Assembly (NCBI GenBank): GCA_049512935.1
Contig: JBEKWR010000007.1
Location: 32,001 to 96,000, forward strand
Length of the DNA: 64,000 bases
Direction: 5' to 3'
DNA from: Candidatus Bathyarchaeia archaeon
Lineage (GTDB): Archaea; Thermoproteota; Bathyarchaeia; Bathyarchaeales; Bathycorpusculaceae
In this document: piece by piece, positions 59,470 through 64,000 of the stretch
Layout: each line of letters opens with the position of its first letter
Position numbering within the stretch: position 1 is the stretch's first letter
Translations under genes and position numbers: made by a program
Notes under the pieces: model-generated
What the model was told of the DNA's origin: nothing
What the model saw: the letters and a program-made list of their open reading frames with translations, nothing else
The model's database searches: none

Positions 59470-60060
59470 TTAGGTTGATCTTTGTTTCGGTTTCATCTGT
59501 TTTGCCACTAAGATAAAGACGGCTCTAGCTACGAGTGAAACTCCGAACAGAATGATTATGGCTGCCCAGAACTGGAACCACATCTGCCGCTGCTGGTTAA
59601 TGGCTAAGGTGATTTTCATGTCGGCAAGATTGTTCAGCAGGTAGACCGCTCCGAACCAGAAAACCGCGCTTCCGACCGTTTGAGCCTTTCTTCTAATTCG
59701 AGAACCTACTGTGAACCGCATTGCCAAGATTAGGATTTCCAAGATTCCGATGCCCAGTGCGAACTGGAAAGTGGCTGAGTAAACTGCGGTGTGGGCTGCT
59801 GGCGTTGCTGGCACGGGAAGGCTTATCTGAGTGTTTGTCACGTTTGCCGTGGTGAAGTCGTTGAAGAAGTCCCGTACGTTTGACCAGAGATTTTGGTTGA
59901 TTACAACGATGACTCCTACAAGCACCAGGAAAAGTCCGAATGAAACCGCCGATATTGCTCCTTCTCCACGCACTCTACGATCTGCATAACCTTTTTCTCT
60001 CATTCTTTTCTGCCTCGTTCTTATTTCTTTTATTTCTGAATATAACTTTTGTTTTTTCAT
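59470..60060 (-). CDS. Hypothetical 4-TM membrane protein
   Basis: Four hydrophobic segments; the true start may be 60003. Confidence 0.7.
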   Translation of the reverse strand: MKKQKLYSEIKEIRTRQKRMREKGYADRRVRGEGAISAVSFGLFLVLVGVIVVINQNLWSNVRDFFNDFTTANVTNTQISLPVPATPAAHTAVYSATFQFALGIGILEILILAMRFTVGSRIRRKAQTVGSAVFWFGAVYLLNNLADMKITLAINQQRQMWFQFWAAIIILFGVSLVARAVFILVAKQMKPKQRST

Positions 60061-60124
60061 TTAAGCGAGAGTGAATGTTTTATATAGTTAGCCCTTGTAA
60101 ATGAGACATAGAGGTTTGAATTCT

Positions 60125-60529
60125 ATGTCCTATTGCCCAAAGTGCGGGAACAAAGTGGATGAAACCATGACTTTCTGCCCTAAATGCGGCGCATCATTGA
60201 AGATGGGAACATCTTGGCAAGCAGGTCCGACCACAACGCCTACTCCCTATAGAAATGAGAAACATGAAAAACATGAGAAAAACGAGAAGACGGAAAAACA
60301 TCAAGAAAAATATGAGAAAGGCGGAGGCGGTTACGGGTTTTTGATTGCAGGCATTGTGATAGCGGTGCTTGGTTTGCTCGCTTTCATAAATGCGACCACG
60401 TCAACCTTCCACTTCATTAGTGGGCCGGCTGGAGGAGCGGTTGCATTGGTTATAATTGGTTTACTGATAGCGCTTGTCGGAATTTACTACTCTACAAGAA
60501 GCAGAAGAAGAAATCCCGTTCCTACTTAA
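60125..60529 (+). CDS. Zinc-ribbon membrane protein
   Basis: YCPKCG...FCPKCGASL, EKHEKHEKNEK repeat, two TM segments. Confidence 0.8.
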   Translation: MSYCPKCGNKVDETMTFCPKCGASLKMGTSWQAGPTTTPTPYRNEKHEKHEKNEKTEKHQEKYEKGGGGYGFLIAGIVIAVLGLLAFINATTSTFHFISGPAGGAVALVIIGLLIALVGIYYSTRSRRRNPVPT

Positions 60530-61661
60530 GTTGCCAGCCGAAGAGCAGTCGGTAGAATCGGTGTTCCATTAGCGTGGAGAATTTTCTTCTTCCGAACACT
60601 CGGAAGTAGTTTTTTCCAGCGGCTTCAATCATGTCCCCGATGTCGTATCTGGGAAGCATGGTTGAGGAAACGATAAGTCTGCCCCATTCGCCTCTCTTTA
60701 GGTCATGAAGCATTTTTGTTCCTTTTGCAGTCTCCACCTCGAAAAGGTACGCGTCATAGTTGGGTTTTATATACGGCAAATCATCGAATTGCTGTCCAAA
60801 CACGCCTTCGGTCGCTGTGTACATTTCCACTATGGGCGCAGGTCCGAAGTGCTTCTTAAGCAAGGGGGCGTACTTGAATTGGATTTTTGGGACGCTTGTG
60901 CAAAACAACGCTTTGAACTTCCACAGGTCGCCGGGTTTTTTCCCGTGTTTTCTCTCGACGTATTTGGCGAAGGCCATTATCACTGGTGTGACGCCCATGG
61001 TCGCTGTGACGTTGTGGCTTAAGGCTTTCTGGTAGGCTAACTCGAACCTTTTTTCCCAGTCGACTTTGCCTATTCCTGAGCCGAGCTGGTCGATCTCTTC
61101 TTGGCGTGGAAGAAGGCTCACGCGGTCAAACATCGGGTTGACTCTGGCGTAGGTTCCTGAACTGTACCCGTAGGTCTCTTCTTTGCCGTCTCTCGTAATG
61201 CTGTGAACGCTGGATGGAAAATTCAAGTTCAGGATGTCTCCCGTGAAGACGTCGAAGTTCTCCGTCCTCACCGCATTATGCACCAGCGCTCTTGCTCCGC
61301 AGGAAAAAATTTGTTTCAAATGGGTTTTTGTCGCGGGCAAGACTTTGGAGGTTCCTGTTGAGCCTCTGGTCATAACCCAGCATTCAGGTGGTTCTGAGAG
61401 AAACGCTTGGTACTTTCCTTCCTTAACTTTGGCCAAGTACGGCAGCAGTTGCTGGTAATTCACTGTGGGAAAGCTTGATTGGTACTGTGGGATTCCTTTG
61501 ATTTCGGACGCGTGAAAACTGCTTCCATACTCGGTCTTCTCGTATTCTTTTAGGAGCGTGTTTAGGACGTTTTCTTGTGCTTTTTGCGGATTTTCGAGCG
61601 ATTCGTACCACGGACCGATTATGGTCTGAAGGAGGCTGAGCCCGTTTTCGTCGATGGACAT
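60522..61661 (-). CDS. GH3-family (acyl-adenylate-forming) protein
   Basis: PQKAQENVL, TEYG, TRGSTG-SK, EMYTATEG, LPRYDIGDMI, FGRR. Confidence 0.8.
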   Translation of the reverse strand: MSIDENGLSLLQTIIGPWYESLENPQKAQENVLNTLLKEYEKTEYGSSFHASEIKGIPQYQSSFPTVNYQQLLPYLAKVKEGKYQAFLSEPPECWVMTRGSTGTSKVLPATKTHLKQIFSCGARALVHNAVRTENFDVFTGDILNLNFPSSVHSITRDGKEETYGYSSGTYARVNPMFDRVSLLPRQEEIDQLGSGIGKVDWEKRFELAYQKALSHNVTATMGVTPVIMAFAKYVERKHGKKPGDLWKFKALFCTSVPKIQFKYAPLLKKHFGPAPIVEMYTATEGVFGQQFDDLPYIKPNYDAYLFEVETAKGTKMLHDLKRGEWGRLIVSSTMLPRYDIGDMIEAAGKNYFRVFGRRKFSTLMEHRFYRLLFGWQLK

Positions 61662-61746
61662 GTCTTGCTGCCTAACCCAGATTGTTTCGACGTTGCTTAA
61701 TAAGTTTCATCGCGGAAAAGCCGAGAGTTATCGCTTGCGGACTTGG

Positions 61747-62247
61747 TTACTGCTCGCTGTACTTTTCCACTTCGTTGTCAACGATGGTTAAGTCTACACA
61801 CGCCTGCCTGAATAGTTCTATCGTGTCAGAATCGGCGTGGTAACGTTTTGCGCAAACCACCCGCTTTATGCCCGCGTTAATTATCATCATGGCGCAGGTT
61901 CGGCACGGCGTCATTTTGCAGAAAAGTGTCGCTCCTTCAAGCGGTATCCCAAACCGTGCTGCTTGGATGATGGCGTTTTGTTCCGCGTGAAGCGTTCGGA
62001 CGCAGTGTTGCGTTACGTTGCCGTTGCTGTCGAAGACTTTGCGCAGGTCATGTCCAACTTCGTCACAGTGAGGCAAGCCGCTTGGAGCGCCAACGTACCC
62101 CGTGGTCATGATTCTCTTGTCCTTGACAATTACACAGCCGCTTCTACCGCGGTCGCATGTTGCTCGCCTAGCCACGGCTTCGCACAGGTCTAAGAAGTAT
62201 CTGTCCCAGTCAGGTCTTGGATTGGTCTCCAACTTTTTCAGCCTCAA
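61747..62247 (-). CDS. dCMP/cytidine deaminase (ComEB-like)
   Basis: RPDWDRYF, RATCDR, HAEQNAI, PCRTC. Confidence 0.92.
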   Translation of the reverse strand: MRLKKLETNPRPDWDRYFLDLCEAVARRATCDRGRSGCVIVKDKRIMTTGYVGAPSGLPHCDEVGHDLRKVFDSNGNVTQHCVRTLHAEQNAIIQAARFGIPLEGATLFCKMTPCRTCAMMIINAGIKRVVCAKRYHADSDTIELFRQACVDLTIVDNEVEKYSEQ

Positions 62248-62305
62248 ACAGTTTTAGAGAACTATCTCTTCAGAACGGACTAATAAATTATCTGACGGTT
62301 AAACC

Positions 62306-63604
62306 TTATTTTTGGTAGATGTGAATTTCCCTGCTGACCTTGTGCCGCTCGTCAACCTCAACCAGAGAAGCAAGACCCGCCAACGCGTCAACTGCTTCCG
62401 ACTTTTCTGAAAACATTTCTTTCGGGAAAGGTTGCACTCTTTTGAACCCGAGGCTTTCAAGTTTCTCTCCTATGGGCATCGTTACCGCTTTTCCTGAACG
62501 GGTTATGAAGTAAGGCGTTACGAGAACCAATCGTCCATCCGCCTTCAGCACGCGGTAAGCTTCATCAACGAAACCAAAAAACAGCGGCTCAAGCTTCTGA
62601 ATGATCTTTAGTGCGTAGGGTCCCGTAGGTACCTGCCGCAACGCTGGACCCAAATCGGGCTCCGTTACAATGCAGTCAACCGTTTCCTGCCCAATTTTCT
62701 GAGCCAACTTGCCTACATCTCCTTGGACGACCCTAAAGTCTGCTCCTTCAAGACCGTACTCTCTTGCGAGCCACTCAAGATTCTCGTTAGCCGCCTTAAC
62801 ACACCAAGAATTAGCATCAGCACCAACAACCTTTGCCCTTGCAAGGAGTGCTTCCTGAAGAATCGTGCCTACGCCGCAGAACGGGTCAAGCAAAACTTTT
62901 CCAGGTATGCAGGCGGACAAGTTAACCATTATTCGGGCTAATCTTGGAGGCATGGCGAAGATTGTTCTTTGGTTAGGCTTGTAAACGTCTCTTTTTTGAA
63001 ACTCGAATGGGTTATGAACGGCGACCGTGGTTGCTGCCCAAGTTTTCTCTTTGCCGATGCACAGCAAGATTTCTGCCTGGTTTTCAACCAGCTTCTTTTT
63101 TAAAACTTCAACGTGACTTAGCTGCGGGAGCCTTCGGTCTTTTGAGAAACCCATGAACCTTGATTTCTTGCCGCATCCAGCCAGTTCATCCTTAACGGTG
63201 CTTCCGACGAACCGCTGGATAACTCCAGATTGGGAACGCAAGGTGTTGTCAGCGCTGTAAACGCTTACTCCGAAAAACACCCTCTCAGAAGATTTAGCCA
63301 TCGCATCAACTAAACTGCTTGAAGCCAGCGTAGATGCCAGCTGTGACTGGGTTTGCTTGTTTTTTTCAAGAAATGCTTGCCTAACGCTGCTTGTTGGGAA
63401 CTCTGCTTTTGCTTCTCCGATCTTTATTGTTCCCCCTAAGTCCGCTATGGTGAAAGCGTTGAGGACTTGCTCTGTGTCCAGTGCAAAAAATTCTTTAGAA
63501 AAAAAGTCCACGGTAAACCTTGTGCCTTTAGCATTGAAGTAAGCGGTAATCTCCGCTAGTGAAAGTTTCCAGTTTTTTCCCGAAATGAATAGTTTTGTTA
63601 GCAT
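62306..63604 (-). CDS. Trm11/TrmG10-like RNA methyltransferase
   Basis: MPPRLARIMVNL, LLDPFCGVGTILQEA, IVTEPDLG. Confidence 0.85.
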   Translation of the reverse strand: MLTKLFISGKNWKLSLAEITAYFNAKGTRFTVDFFSKEFFALDTEQVLNAFTIADLGGTIKIGEAKAEFPTSSVRQAFLEKNKQTQSQLASTLASSSLVDAMAKSSERVFFGVSVYSADNTLRSQSGVIQRFVGSTVKDELAGCGKKSRFMGFSKDRRLPQLSHVEVLKKKLVENQAEILLCIGKEKTWAATTVAVHNPFEFQKRDVYKPNQRTIFAMPPRLARIMVNLSACIPGKVLLDPFCGVGTILQEALLARAKVVGADANSWCVKAANENLEWLAREYGLEGADFRVVQGDVGKLAQKIGQETVDCIVTEPDLGPALRQVPTGPYALKIIQKLEPLFFGFVDEAYRVLKADGRLVLVTPYFITRSGKAVTMPIGEKLESLGFKRVQPFPKEMFSEKSEAVDALAGLASLVEVDERHKVSREIHIYQK

Positions 63605-63769
63605 CTGTTAATGAAAAAGTTAACTAAGTATATAAGAAATCGCGCGCTTTTCGTCCAGAATGCCTCTCTAATGTAAATGATTATACGTCAAAAATTAACG
63701 GAATTGTTAAGCTTGGACTTGCAAATTGTTTAAATACCGCTGGGCGCGTTACCTAAAAAGGGAATTTGT

Positions 63770-64000
63770 ATGCACGCGAAAAACTACCGGAAAGTGAAGA
63801 ATCGGGCGTACACGCGAAAAGAGTACGCTAGAGGTTTTCCGCCGCCAAAAATAGTAAAGTTCACTATGGGCGATACTAAGGGAACGTTTGAAATCCAAGG
63901 TCAACTTATTGCTGGTGAACGAGCTCAAATACGCCATAGTGCTTTAGAGGCAGCGCGCGTGGCTACAAACCGTGTCTTAATGGACAAACTCATAAATGAT
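63770..64000 (+). CDS. rpl10e: 50S ribosomal protein L10e (uL16), 5' part truncated by the window edge
   Basis: MHAKNYR...AYTRKEYARGFPPPKIVKFTMG...QIRHSALEAARVATNR. Confidence 0.93.
   Translation, partial: MHAKNYRKVKNRAYTRKEYARGFPPPKIVKFTMGDTKGTFEIQGQLIAGERAQIRHSALEAARVATNRVLMDKLIND

Noticed and set aside
60252-60320. GAGAAACATGAAAAACAT-type tandem repeats
   Set aside because: These encode the low-complexity EKHEK linker within a CDS and are not a separate element.

Overview
Archaeal chromosomal window, most consistent with Bathyarchaeia (TACK): PolD DP1 and DP2, Elf1, GGGP synthase, aIF-1A/2-alpha/5A, Pus10, Rpl21e-Rpo4-DUF655-RsmA. It has four parts. (1) About 1-7.5 kb is an AT-richer accessory cluster of translation-factor genes (aIF-1A, aIF-2-alpha), an OB-fold protein and many small Zn-binding proteins. 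It includes an unannotated Cys-rich microprotein present twice, each copy behind a conserved 57-nt leader. (2) About 7.7-35 kb is metabolic and transport: an acn-icd-aclB-aclA operon (ATP-citrate lyase), serA, a PadR/ABC exporter, a WOR5-type tungsten oxidoreductase, a radical SAM/SPASM fusion, MgtE/TrkA-C, ahcY, pyrE and a PhoU-type regulator. (3) About 35-41.2 kb is a replication origin: DP1, cdc6/orc1, ORB boxes and an AT-rich tract. Next to it is a three-gene module (wHTH protein, putative membrane-anchored coiled-coil wHTH protein, helical hypothetical protein) embedded in dense, partly 11-bp-phased GTGAA and GTGAY repeat arrays. This module is the best candidate for an undescribed origin-tethering or segregation system. 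(4) About 41-64 kb is core housekeeping genes. No CRISPR array, transposase, rRNA or intact tRNA was seen. All family calls come from motif recognition, not database searches.
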